A stretch of 63,069 bases of DNA, filler included, from Reticulomyxa filosa (lineage: Eukaryota; Protista; Foraminifera), in NCBI GenBank assembly GCA_000512085.1. It is 13 parts of 13 records of this genome, joined end to end, with 100 filler letters (N's around TTAATTAATTAA, not from the genome) between each part and the next. Parts side by side here need not be neighbours in the genome. Positions count along the whole stretch, not along the records: positions 1 to 2,987 come from ASPP01007171.1; positions 3,088 to 5,440 come from ASPP01023290.1; positions 5,541 to 11,560 come from ASPP01003104.1; positions 11,661 to 26,748 come from ASPP01010065.1; 9 more parts are not named here. One strand, 5' to 3'. Shown here in pieces: positions 1 through 12,716 of the stretch. Below the pieces are notes generated by a model. That model had not been told where the DNA came from. It saw only the letters and a program-made list of their open reading frames with translations, and did no database searches. Positions within the stretch are counted from its first letter, which is position 1, and each line of letters opens with the position of its first letter. Made by a program: the position numbers and the translations under genes.

Positions 1-2987
1 TTTTTTTTTTGAACTTTGGTGTGATTTGTTCTTCTTTGTTTTGTTACATATTTTTTTTCTTCTCATATTTTTGTGTGTTTTTTTTTTTTTTAGTAAAAAG
101 GTTTTGGGGTGTATTTTGTTTGAAGGTAGGAAGACATAAGTCAACCCCTCCCCATATCTCTCCTTCCTTTTTTTTTCCCTCCTTTTTTGATGTTGTTGTT
201 TTGACACTTGTCTTGTTGCTTGTTTGTTTTTATTCTTGACTGTTTCGTGTGTCAACAACAAAATTGTGTATACTCTTGTATTGGTTGTTTTGCTTCGCCA
301 CTCTTGTCTCTTATTTTGTTTTGTTCTGGAGATAGGACAAACTGCCTTGATTCGACATCTCCGTTTTATATAAATAATTATTTTATTGTTTGTGTCTCCC
401 AAGATTCAACAAACTTCCAATCAAACAAACCCATACCCTGTTATAGTAATATCTTTGTATTTATAAATTATTTGACCATCACACGGAATAAAAGCTTGAA
501 ATGTTCATCAACTCTTGTGTTTATTTTTTTTTTTATATTATTATTATTTTTTTTTTGTCGTTGTGGTCGATTTGCAGAAAAAATTGTAAGTGAGAATAAG
601 TTTCGTAAGGAAACAAAGGTTTTTTTATTGGCACCAACTGTTTTGTCCCTCTTCTTGTCAATTCTGTCCTTTGTGTCAAACTCGGCGCAATTGCCCTTTT
701 TTGTGGTTTCATGGTTTTTAATTCATTTTATCAAAATTCAATGGTTCTATTTGTAAAAAGAACATCTCTTTTATTGTGTATCACATTTTGCATGTATTAT
801 CTTAAATTTTATTGTTTGTGACTCGAGATAAATTTGTCAACAGAATCAAAGTAATTATTAAACATTATGTTCGAATTTATGATTTCGAACTTGTTGTCAA
901 TTATTTATATTTTTTTGCTTTTGCTTTATTCAAAGACATTCAAATGTTTAAATTTTTACTTTCTCTATTATATGTTACTACCTTCTTTATGCTTGACAAG
1001 TTTCGTTTATCACCCAAATTATTCAAGACATATTTTGTACAATACAGTGATTGCAGAAAAAACTGACAGCATTATGAAGATGACAAATTTTCTCAAACGT
1101 TTAACCAAACCTTTTAAAACTACGTGGAGAAACCTTCACATATATGAGTCAGAGTGTGACTCAAAACTTTTCATGCAACGTCATTTACTTTTGGTTGCTC
1201 TTTAATTTAACAAATCATGCCTCTTTTGAAGCGAAAGTTTCTTGAAAGCGTCCTTTCTACAATTACAAAAAATTTTTTTTTGCAAATTTTAATTTTTTGA
1301 ATTTGCTTTTTCCAGTGAATTTGTTTTTACTGCTACTTGAATTTAGATTGTTTTTCTGTTGCTTTCAAAGAGCGAAATTCGTGGCAATTTTTAAAATAAG
1401 ATTTGTGTAGAAATTGTTGTCGCTTTCTAATAAAAATTTTTTGTTCTTTGAATATTCCAATATGGCTGAGTTCAATAATTCACTTGACGTATTGAATATG
1501 CATCTGCATAATCAAAAAGAAAAAGTGGAAACTAGCTTAACTTTACTGGGAATATAAAACATAAAATATTAATCTTTGAAACACAAAAAACAAAAAAATA
1601 TCAGCATGCAACAGCTTTTTGAGCAATATTTTTGATTATTCTTAAAGTAAAAAAGTTAAAAAATTTTTAAAAAGCAAAAAAAGTCCATTGCACAAAAAAA
1701 CAATACAAAACAGACACAAAAAATTGAATTTGATTTTTTGGAAAATGGACCATCTTCATAAAGTGGTATTTTTGGCGGTAGTTTTTTCTGCAACTTACTG
1801 TATGCGTTTAGGCTCAATTAAGTTAAACAAAGAATTGAAATAAAATGATGTAATTACTTATTTAATCTTTTAGCATTTGACATTAACTTTTATTTTCAAA
1901 TATCAATCAATCGAGCAAAAGTAATAAAAAATGCTCTTTAAAGTAGAGCCATCTTATAATATATTCTCAATTTTAAATTCACCACTTTCAGTCGCAAAAC
2001 TCGAGTAAAAATGATAACATATAGTGTGCCCGCTACTGGACAGAAAAAGGCCAAAAGGAAGTGACTCCCTTTCTACCCAAAAAGTAGATTTATTCCGTAC
2101 ATGCACGGATTAAAGGACAAATCATTCAACGAAAACAGAGCAAGCGTAAACAGGGTAGTGCCACTTCCGAAATAAAAAGGTAAAAAAATCTGTTACAATT
2201 TTTTTTTAAACACGTCCTGTTTGGTTCTTATTTTCTTTTTTTGTTGCAAAAAAAAAAAAAAATCAAAGATACGATCGACCATACCCATTGTTAAGTATCA
2301 AATTAGAAAAGAGCTAGGAGAAAAAGAGGAAATTAGTGAGTAAGATAATAACTTTGTTGCCACAATATCATTAAAATAAACAGAAAGAGCAAAATGCTAG
2401 TGAAAATGGTACACATTCTGCGGATCCAAGTGACAAGGTGTGTGAAGTTTCATTTTTTTCTTCAGCATTTGCAAAAGAGCGTACTCACACTGTGAAAAAA
2501 AAAAAAAAATGCATATTTTTTCAAGGATTTCATGGATACCTCTGATCCATCGAACAGGAAAAGCACACACGTTTAGTAAAACAAGGAAGAAGAGGGGGGG
2601 GGGTGAGGAAAGTAATTGACGTTTCTCGAACAAGGTCGGCAATAACCATACTACTACTAATATAATTATTATTATTGTTATATTATTGCCATTTCTATTA
2701 TTAAAATCCTTTGATTTTGTCATAAATAGGGAAAATACAAACTCAACGACAGTACTTCACAAAAGACATTAAGTCACAGCGTATGTAATCATATATACTT
2801 TTTTTTTTAAAAAAAAAAAGGGGGGAGCCAGTGGACATATACGTACTTTTCAGTATTTGCGCTAGAAAATCAAAAAAATCTGAACACAAAAAAAACCAAA
2901 CAAGGAAACCGATTTTACTTCAGTGAAAACTAATTTAACAACAGTATGTTAAAAATAAAAAGATAGAAAAAGATCCAAAAAAAAAAA

Positions 2988-3087
2988 NNNNNNNNNNNNN
3001 NNNNNNNNNNNNNNNNNNNNNNNNNNNNNNNTTAATTAATTAANNNNNNNNNNNNNNNNNNNNNNNNNNNNNNNNNNNNNNNNNNNN
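2988..3087. other. Artificial contig linker (N44-TTAATTAATTAA-N44)
   Basis: Exactly 100 bp with a six-frame stop cassette flanked by Ns; the same linker occurs 12 times. Confidence 0.98.
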
Positions 3088-3455
3088 TTGCCATTGAGAT
3101 AGAAGGGAGAGGAGGACAAATGAACAAAACAAAATTTTAATATCTTTTTTTTAAAAAAAAAGACCTGGACGACGATATATTTGTGCGAAAATATGTAATC
3201 AAAATGATAATCGACGGAAACGACATTCTAAAATACAGCATAGAAATTGAACAGTGGACGCCATGGATACATAAAAAGACATTGAAGATATGGACGAAAG
3301 AGAAATATATGTTATCGAAATCGACGTGTGGATTGGAGAATCAATAAATGCCGATGTCGAACGAACAATGTGCATCACTGACATAGCATAACTCGCTCAT
3401 CCTTTAGCATTGAACGAATTCGGACCAAGACAGCAACGATAAATCTCTTGATTGG

Positions 3456-4310
3456 GTGAGACCGGAATGTACTAATGGCATGGTGGCCACAATCAATTTC
3501 GTTGGTAGCATGCACTTCGTAACAGACGAAGAAGAAAATTATGAAGAATGGGACAAGCACGATGGCATGTACAAAGGAATATATTACTGTACATGTCCAC
3601 CAAAGCAAGGATTGTTTGTGAAAGAAGTAGAATGTCGCAGCAACGATGATCCCGAATCTTCAATATTTAAAACGACAATGCCCATAATATGAAGTTGCGA
3701 AGCTCTATTGGGAGCTTACAAAAGCGTCAGCATAGTGAGTGACCATACAAAAAAAAAACAACAATAAATACACTCAATAATGAAAAAAAAAATATCCCTC
3801 ATTGGATCATCAATCCAAAAGTTGGATAATGATCGTTATTCAAAATACTCGCGTCCATGACTATACGTCCATTTGACAAGGCCAAGATGTATCTCTCATC
3901 ACAAGGGCGATGACAAAAGCAGATAGACTTTGTAATTGGAGAATATCATGAATGAAAAAAAAAAGAGTATTCTGATACTCTCAATGGAAGCTGCTTGATT
4001 GGTGTGACAATGTCCAATGATGATTAAAAATGATGATGACAACGAAACGCAGTCTGTATTCTATTCTACTCATTAGTCAATTGTTTCGATACATTGGACT
4101 TTGATTTGGGTGTGCGCGAAAGGGCTAATGCTGCTGTATCATTTGTAACGAAAACAATAACGTCGTGCAGTCGATAATTGGATAGCAGTTCAAAAGTGGC
4201 TCCACCATTTGACAAAACAAGGTAATGAATTACTTCAATGTGTTGTCAGTGTCAATGGTCGATTGTATTCTCTCTCAAAAACCTTTGTCACTTGTGGATA
4301 TGAACGAATC
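3456..4310 (+). pseudogene. Decayed CAP-Gly domain gene
   Basis: ORF 3456-3692 reads ATINFVGSMHF...WDKHDGMYKGIYYCTCPPKQGLFVK, matching CAP-Gly (GKxDG..G..YFxC..xxGLFV) but missing the W-x-G-V-E-L-D segment. A second frameshifted CAP-Gly-like remnant (AVSFV.../DNWIAVQ.../SVNGRLY) lies at ~4110-4300. Stops occur in all frames between them. Confidence 0.55.
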
Positions 4311-5440
4311 ACTCGGATGCAAGAAGTGGAATGATCTTCTGTTGACAAGACTGTCATTAAAAAAAAAATGGTAATTATAAGAGACGAACCTTTCAATGAT
4401 TTCAACTAACGGGATGGTTGATAATGGTATTGTCGTTGAAATCAAAGTGCTCACTCGAACAGCAAGAATTCAATTTATCACGTTCACAAGGATTTGTTGC
4501 TGTTGTGCATGTTCCTCTTTCCTAATCACCTGACATTATGATTGTGATTGGATATATTGCTTGAAAAAGTTTTGTTTTTTTTTATATCTTTATACGTATA
4601 TTGGTTATGTTTTTAATATGTGTTGCTTGAAATTTTAAATAGATATTTAAAAGTATACAAATGAAAATGGACAATTGTCGCTGTTTATATTGTCATTGAT
4701 GCTGTAGTTAGTTCCCAGCAATAATGACAACAGCAATAATTGTATCAAATATCGATGGTTGCAGACATGAAAATATATAAAGTGGCAAATCATTATCAAA
4801 TTGTTGCTGATGGAAATTCAATATAATTAATCATAGAGCCACACTACAACACATGTGTCTGTCGTTGAACAAATATTGGTTTTATTGACGGCATTAATTT
4901 TATATGGATCATAGTATTGCGCTTTAGATGGCGTATAATTCAAATAAATAAATAAATTTAAGGTCCATATCATGTAATGTGGTGCATGATATATTTAAAG
5001 GAAATCGAACAATTTGAAAGTGATGGCTGATTATTGTTACGTCACATGTGCAATCTAATTCCAAGTAATATTTTAAAAGAAAGTTGAAAATATGTAAATG
5101 AATTGATTTGGTTCATCTTGCGTTTTTGAAAAAAAATAATAACTGGAATTAATTGCAGGTGGTAATATGCAATAGACTGATTTTGCTCTATTCTGTTGTT
5201 TCGAGTTGATGTCAAGAAGGTGATAAAGAAAAAGAAAAGGAGGAGAAAGATAGACTCTGAACCCATAAGAACAAAGATATGAAATTCCAAAAAAAAGATG
5301 ATTATGAAAATATGAACAATAAATAAGACAAGGAAAAAGAAAGCAAAAATGGGCTAAAAAGTATATAGAAATAAGAAAACAGTTAAAAAAAAAAGAAACG
5401 AATGAAGAGAGGCCAACAATGATGACAATGGCAGTCGTGA

Positions 5441-5540
5441 NNNNNNNNNNNNNNNNNNNNNNNNNNNNNNNNNNNNNNNNNNNNTTAATTAATTAANNNN
5501 NNNNNNNNNNNNNNNNNNNNNNNNNNNNNNNNNNNNNNNN
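5441..5540. other. Artificial contig linker
   Basis: N44-TTAATTAATTAA-N44. Confidence 0.98.
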
Positions 5541-5637
5541 ATACATATATAATTTATTGTAACAATAGGATTGCATACTTCAATAAAGGAGAGGTTGACA
5601 CTCAAACAACAAGATGCGATGCAATAAAAACACATAC

Positions 5638-7265
5638 CTTTGCAAAATCATAAACAGCCCATCTTTTTTGAAAATGGCATCGTGATTTTGTAAAGTGTGA
5701 GAAAATTTCTTCAAATCACCGGTTCGAACTGCCTCCGTGATTTTCAAGTAGGGTTCCAGTTGTTGCTGACATTGCTGTCGTTTGAGCGAGGTGAACACAG
5801 CTCTGTCCGGAATATCCCCCATTAGTAAGTGCACCACGATCAACCACTTGGTGGCATTCAATTGGAACGCAATGGCCCCATTTTGCGGTGCTCTTCGCAA
5901 TGCCTGTTGAATGTGAAACAAGGCTTGTGGATAATGTACCTCGACCGTGTCAATACGTCCACGGTAGTAATGGAACCGAGCAAACTGCTGCGAATCGCTC
6001 GATTCCGGGAATATCGCCTTTTCCACAAATTTACGTGCCAACGATGTCATGCCATCCATCATATAATTTTGCAATACCAAGTTTATCAGCACCGACTGTG
6101 CCGGTTCATTTTGCTGCAAACAAGCCGTTTGATATTCCGCTATTCCGTGCAAAACCACCCATCATCAATTAATTTGACACAATCATTATAAAAAAAAGAT
6201 TGTTTTACATGGATTATTATTATTTATTATTACTTGAAAAAAAAAGGGGGTGTGTTTTTATGTTAAAAAAAAACTGAATAAAAATTGACGAATTTCGGGT
6301 AATCTTCCCAATTTTTGATTGCAAAGCGAATACAATTGATACACTCTCGCAGACAAAAAGTCACTGGTTCGACGGTTTTGTTCTTTCATAAATCCGATCA
6401 ATTGTTCCACAATTTGCAACGCCGATTTAAATTGCTCTTTTTTTTTTTGTTTGTTTTGTTTGAATGTTTGTTTTTGTTACAATTTTTTTTTAGTTACATG
6501 ACATTGACAATTGCTAAAAAAAAATTTTTTTGTTAGTGAAAATGTGTAAGTAAGTTTTTTGTTTAAAATCAATCACATTTTAAACAAAACAATACCAAAA
6601 AAAAAAAAATATGGCAAAACTTTTGTCAAAAAAGTCCAACGAAACCACCAACTTTATGAAAATATAAGTCTCTGGATAAAATTTTCTAATTTTTTTTTTT
6701 TCTTTAGACGTTGTCGTAGAAGAAGTAGTAGTGGTAGTGGTGGCTGTTGTTGTCGTTGTTGTGGTGGTGACGGCGGCTGGTGCGCCTGCTTCGTTGGATG
6801 AAGTTGCTGTTTTATCCGTCATTGCCACATCTTCATCTTTTTTTGCTGCTGCTTCTTTCGGTTCCTCTTTTTTCGCGACACTCTGTTAAATTTTTTTTTT
6901 TAAAAAAGTTGGATTTTTTTCTTTTTTTTTAAACATTTTTTTTTTGCTTGTTTGTTTGAAACTGACTTGAAAGGAGTATAATGGCGTCAAAGCTGTGATA
7001 AATTCCTGTCGGTAGGATTCTGGTATTAACAAGTAAATAATACGAGCCCATGTGACATTGGTAAACCGACAACGAAAACGGTTTAACGATCGCACTGCAC
7101 GGCCCAAGGAAACCAAATCACCGTCCACACCCCTTTCCAATTTTTCTTGTATTTTCGCCCAGTCGTGAAATAATGTGTCTTCTGGATCTGCTACTGTGCT
7201 GTCTTTTGAATCACTTTTTTTTTTTCATCTTTCAACTCTAATTCTTTCAAATCAACAACCTCCAT
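5638..7265 (-). CDS. RPN3: 26S proteasome lid subunit Rpn3/PSMD3 (multi-exon, 3' end cut by contig edge)
   Basis: QFARFHYYRGRI...QALRRAPQNGAIAF...VHLLMGDIPDRAVF...PYLKITEAVRTGDL...F.KDG is the Rpn3 TPR/PCI region. The 5' exon starts MEVVDLKE at 7265 and needs a 1-nt correction in the T11 run at 7215-7225. GT donor at 5637. Confidence 0.9.
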
Positions 7266-7627
7266 TGTCTGTTCTTGATAGAGAGCAAGATGGTCACCAA
7301 AAAAGTCTTAGTTCAAAAAAAAGTCAAGTCTGCAAACGCCCCTCTGGTCGTCTTGTCTCATTGTTGATTTTTGCGTTTTTTTTAAAATTGGAACGCAGTA
7401 TTTGTTGTAAACTTCAGGATAATAGTTTCAGTTAAATAAGGTTTCGAGATTGGCAATATATTCAAAAAAAGCAAGCGAAACAATGTTCACTAAATGAAGG
7501 TGTCTTTGTTGAGAATTGTAATCCAATGAAATAAAACGTTGAAAACGTTTCTCTATTTCGTATTAAACACTTTTTTTGGAACGTGAAAACTTTTTTTCTT
7601 CGTTCATATTCTAAATTGTAAAAATTC

Positions 7628-8744
7628 ATGTATCATCAAAACCTGCAAAGAGAAGGATTTGTTGTCTACAACAAGCATAGCCCACTAGAAACAAATGAAA
7701 TAATCCGGGATCTTTCTGTCATAGTGTTACAGTGTTATGTGCAAACGGCAAACGAAAGACTGGAAAAGTGGAAAGGTTAGATTGTGGTGTATTTTCTGCC
7801 ATGTTTTGTTTGTTGTAGAAAAAAAGGGGAGGTGTGCGAGGAAGGAGGAAAGGTGCCAGAATTTTCTTCAGCATTTTCTGATTTTTTTTTTTGGGAAGGA
7901 AAAAACATCAAAACAAAAACAAAAATAGAAAAACGACACGTTCCACAGGCAGACTCACAACTCGCATTAAACGAAGAAAATAAAAATAAAACAGTACGCA
8001 AAAAAGAGCAACCCATTTTAATGGTTGGTATTATTTTGTCAAAGCAATATAACTAGCAACGAACAGCAAACAACAAACAACAAACAATAATAATAATAAT
8101 AAATATATATATTTATTATTATTATAACAATGAATTTCAATAAAAATGAATAGACAAAGAAGCAGACCAAACCACCAAAAGAATTGAACATATATGAAGG
8201 GTTTGCATCGTCAGGCTTGCAATCGCTTCGGTATATGCAAGAGATCGACTCGACGTACCCAATGTCGGTGACGATTCATGGGACGAACGCGGAAGCGACA
8301 GTATGCATAAGCAGTGTGGCGGACCTGAATTGTCCGAACCACCGCGGCATCTGCGTGGTATCGGGTAGTTGCAAGCACCTGTTGTTGGGCAACAAGGAGC
8401 AGCAGCAGCCGCACTCGGACAAGTCCAAATCATACGTGAACACCAACCTCGCGAAGCCGCAGGCCAGCGTGCACAAGAACGACGACACCAGGGCGTGCAA
8501 TCCGTCATTTGACTCGCAATTTGGTTACATCGACCTGAACCTGTCCCCTTCCATGCTTATGGACGAAAATCAGATGGTACTGCAAGAGGCCATTGCCAGT
8601 TTGGCGGACGAGGGTATCTTGTGTATTTCGTGCAGTCATTGGCATAAGTTTTATTCTGAAATGCATCGCTTTGGCACGTTTGACCAACAAGAAGAAGAAA
8701 AAAAGAAAAAGGAAAAGAAAAAAAGAAAAGGAAGAAGAAGAAGA

Positions 8745-8776
<32 letters not shown>

Positions 8777-9994
8777 AGAAAAGGAAGAAAATGTAAAGAT
8801 AAAAAAGAACAGATTGAACACGAACCAACAACAACAGATCACAACGATGACTTGTCCGAAAATAGACGTGAAATTTCCATACGCATGTTGCTGCATGTAA
8901 TATTGCAAGCTGCTCTGCGTGCCGAGTGTTACATCAAGCCACTGATGTCGTTCTACTCGAACGGCTGCGTTAAGTTGTTTGTCAGAGTGGGCCAGTCGCG
9001 ACTCATTTGCAAGTCTATGTGCACCTTTGACGGCATTGCCTTCTACTGCCGCACCTGCCACTCGTCCACTGCTTGCTCCTTCGCCGTGCCCGCGACGTCC
9101 AAACAACACGCCTCGTTGAAGGCATCGCATATCCCTGCGGGCGCCCAGGTGTGTTCACAATGCAACGTCCGCACTGCTATTATCGGTCCTTTGTGGGTCG
9201 GTCCATTGCACAGCACCGTCTTTGTCAAAAAGTCCTTGGAGTTTATGCATACTAGTGGCGAATGGTTGCAAAATCGATCCTATTTAATTCAAGTATTAAC
9301 TTTTTTTTTTTTTAAAATATATTTGTTTGTTTGTTTATATAAATGAATAGCAACTAGAAGTAATGAAATTAGAAAGTAAGCTGGAAATTGACACATGGAA
9401 AGACCATACTGAAAAGGGCCGCCAACATCCGAACATGCCGACCGTCGCGTTTTATAACCCAATTGCGATGAGCAAGTTCTTGGGATGCTCTTTTTCTCCT
9501 TTGACGCCGGAGACACTTGGCAACGCATTGCTTCTTTCCGGGTTTCGCGCGACGCCTTGCCAAATCTCACCCAACGGAGTCAGGACCAACGCGTCGGCGA
9601 CCTTTGTTTGGCAGATCTTACGCCAATGGTGCCAGACGCGTCCCCTCTCCTTTTCGGGTCATATCCGAATTAAGCAAGAGTACGCCGACGATACAACACA
9701 AGTGCTGAACAAAGGCATAGCGGTCCGCTCAGAAGAGTCTCACATCAATTTCGAGGAAGTTCAAAAACTCAATCAGTGGAAGTATCCTCCCATCACTCTA
9801 AGCGATTGCAATGTTCACATTGATAAATATACCGAAGAGCCCCAGTTCATTTTTATTCGTCCTTACAGTCCTCAACCTGTTCCGGATTTTACATTGAGCC
9901 ACATCTGTCTTCCACACGAGATTGGTAAGTTTCCAACGACAAAGAATTTGATTTTCTTTTAGAGTCAATCTTTAAGGCTCCAACACTTAGATAA
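7628..9994 (+). CDS. Divergent tRNA (guanine26-N2)-dimethyltransferase Trm1-like protein (multi-exon)
   Basis: Trm1-type motifs in the expected order: NEIIRDLSV (NRDLS), EGFASSGLQSLRY (EALSATGLRxxRY), FGYIDLN..LADEGILCIS, REISIRMLL...YIKPLMS...KLFVRV, CRTC...CSQC...GPLWVGPLH, NALLLSGF...VRTNA...WQILRQW. Confidence 0.8.
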
Positions 9995-10139
9995 TGTGCT
10001 TCCTTTTTTTTTTTCTTCCTCCATCCTTTTTTGTTGTTGATTTTTTGCGGATAGATTATTGCTGCGCTGATTACACTGGACCCATTGTTGTTCTTCATCC
10101 CAAGCCACAAAAATGTCAGAGATATAAACATAAGAAAAA

Positions 10140-10298
10140 ACAAAAACAAAACAAAACACAAGACAAAGGCAAAGGCAAAGATAAAACACAAGACAAAGGC
10201 AAAGACAAAGATAAAACACAAGACAAAGACAAAGACAAAGATAAAACACAAGACAAAGACAAAACACAAGACAAAGACAAAAACACAAAACAAAGACA
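10140..10298 (+). repeat. Degenerate ~30-bp minisatellite built from AAAGAC/AAAGGC hexamers (ACAAGACAAAGRCAAAGRCAAAGATAAAAC)
   Basis: About 4-5 visible tandem copies; they explain the many overlapping low-complexity ORFs at 9889-10400. Confidence 0.85.
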
Positions 10299-11560
10299 AT
10301 AATCAGGATTAAAACATTTCCATGACGAAACAATTGAAATTAAAAAAAAGTATATTTCTAAACCATAAGGAACAGCACAATAAAGATTCTGCACAAACAT
10401 TAACTTCCAATACTCTAATCTTTCGTTTCACGCTATGATTTATATATTGTGCTTACAACATTGTATGTTAGTAAAATTGGTGAGATAATTTATACAAGTG
10501 ATGTTTGTTCCTTAAGCGACCAGCTGGAGCTTTCATGGAAACTTTTTGTTGATTTTTATAACCTAAAAAAAAAGATTATCATGTAACATGATTGTTTTAA
10601 TATGTCCTGCCATGTTAAAAAAGTAAATGAAAAAGTATATCTTAGTTTTAAAAAATTGTTGACTTTCCATCCTTAATAAATCGCGTATGGTCTAATAAAA
10701 TATGAACAGTAAAATACTACATTAGAATCGAAATAATTAACTTATTGAATATAATAATATCAATTAAAAAAAAAAAGTGTAATGAAGGATCAGAAAGTAT
10801 AGGACATTAGCACACAAAACTTTTCTTATCAAGTTTGGCAGAAGCACAAACATTTGAAAGTATGATATTACATCATCTTCAAAAAAAAAATAAATAAATA
10901 AATATATTATCATCATTAACGATCGTCGTGAAAAATAGTGAATAGAGACACGGACGTCGACACAAATGGCACAAGGCGAATAGACATAAAACGAAAGACT
11001 CCAGATGATGGATTAAAGGATGAAATTGCAAAGAAAGCAAAGCATCAATAGTCGACGTTTCAGTTGTATTAAACAGATCAAGTATGCAACAAAAAGAAGA
11101 AAAGAAGATTGATGAAATCACATTTGAAAATGTGTAGAAGAAAAATATGCAAATTCGACGAGAATTCATGTGTACGAATAAGCCAACGATCGTCGTCACT
11201 ACAATCAAGTCCAAAGAACTGAAATAATCAAAATATGTGATTAAGTTTCTTGGATTAAGAAACAAGAGTATTAGAGCATACATTTTGTGGAAATTTTTGG
11301 ATATTATTTGTTCATTTTGCAGTTGATATTAATGAGCAGCAACTAACTCAACTAGACAATAACTTCAATGATGCAAAAGATGGGCAAATAGAACAAAAAG
11401 AAAATCAAGATGGTAAACATATTGTAAGGCAGCCAATATGTGATATTTATCGTAACACATTCGATGCTGAACAAAAGAAAAAGCTTGAAGAAGCAGTGAC
11501 TAATCCTGAAGTGAATAGATATGTCCTGCTTCAAGGAGTATCAACTGCGAAAGTGAAGAT

Positions 11561-11660
11561 NNNNNNNNNNNNNNNNNNNNNNNNNNNNNNNNNNNNNNNN
11601 NNNNTTAATTAATTAANNNNNNNNNNNNNNNNNNNNNNNNNNNNNNNNNNNNNNNNNNNN
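11561..11660. other. Artificial contig linker
   Basis: N44-TTAATTAATTAA-N44. Confidence 0.98.
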
Positions 11661-11779
11661 GACGTTGTCTTTTTTTTTTTTTTTTTTTTTTTTGTGTCCC
11701 CCCCCCCTTTTGGTATTGTCATTGCTAAGTGGGGTTTATTTGCTTATTTTTGTGTTTGTATTTGTGTGTCACAATTAAC

Positions 11780-12284
11780 GTAATCTTCCAATCCGTCTTT
11801 AATTGCTCCGACTGTCAATATGAATATCAGTGGTATCACACTGGTCCAAACACTGAAGGGAGTAATGTCCGGGACTGTTTGGATTGCGATTATCATTAAA
11901 AAGTAAATGTTTGCTATTCGACGAAACTTTTTTTTTTTTTGGTCATATTTTTTTTTTTTTTGGAAAAAAAAAATGTAAAGAAAAAAAAAAGATACACAAA
12001 TGAACCTGTTCGAATAAGTTCAATGGAATAAATGTAAGCACAGTATATTTGCTTGAAATAATTATATTGTCTGGATAGATGTGGTTCGGATCTTCCAAAA
12101 AAGAGGGGTCGTTGACTAGCAAATAATATGGATCACCCGTTATCGTTTCCGTTTCCATTCGTTGCAAGCCCTTTGTGTTTGCAGGTAAGCCGGTCACCTC
12201 CTCGTTACTAGATGGTAATTCGAAACCATCATTTTCCACTTTTTCGTTCGTTTCCAATTGCAAATCACCGTCATTATTCGACAT
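11780..12284 (-). CDS. P4-type phospholipid-transporting ATPase (flippase), first two exons; truncated
   Basis: YPDNIIISSKYTVLTFIPLNLFEQ | FRRIANIYFL...VIPLIFILTVGAIKDGLEDY is the P4-ATPase N-terminal/TM1-2 signature. Intron 11927-12005. Confidence 0.9.
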
Positions 12285-12716
12285 CTCCTTTCAAAGGGTT
12301 GTCTTTTTTAATATTTTATTTGCCTTGGCTGGCCCTTTTTTAAAAGTTTGAGTTTCGTCTAAAAGTTATATACATGTGTATCTTTTAAAAATTGAATATC
12401 ACGCTAAGAAATAACAACAAGTTGCGCAGTGTCGAAACATTTCATAAAAAAAGGTAAAAGTTTACTTGACGACCTATAATTTGTTTTTTCACCCCACATT
12501 ACAATTAAAATACGCTTTTTTTTGGGTCTCATCTATTTGGCTTGTGTGCCAAATAAATTAATTTTATTAAAATCAATACACTTAACTGTAACGGTGAGAA
12601 CATATTGTATTTTGCTAGTCGTTGTGGCACCTAATGTTACAAAGAAAACGGAACTTGCACTAATCCTAACTTTTCTTTTTTTGGAAAAAAACCTCGTGCT
12701 TGAATCAAGGAAAGGG

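Noticed and set aside
1-2987. Phe/Leu/Cys-rich ORFs and possible short exons at ~2090-2580
   Set aside because: The ORFs arise from T-rich low-complexity DNA. Short exon-like pieces exist, but I could not build a consistent frame or recognise a family.
3032-3043. Recurrent palindromic TTAATTAATTAA between N runs as a repeat array or CRISPR-like element
   Set aside because: Identical 100-bp N-flanked cassette; an artificial six-frame-stop linker.
9889-10400. Five overlapping ORFs on both strands (VFVLCF / KTKTK / DKDKT)
   Set aside because: All are translations of one stop-free minisatellite.
10880-11560. Purine-rich, coding-like stretch
   Set aside because: Stops in all plus frames and no recognisable motif; at most an unidentifiable relic.
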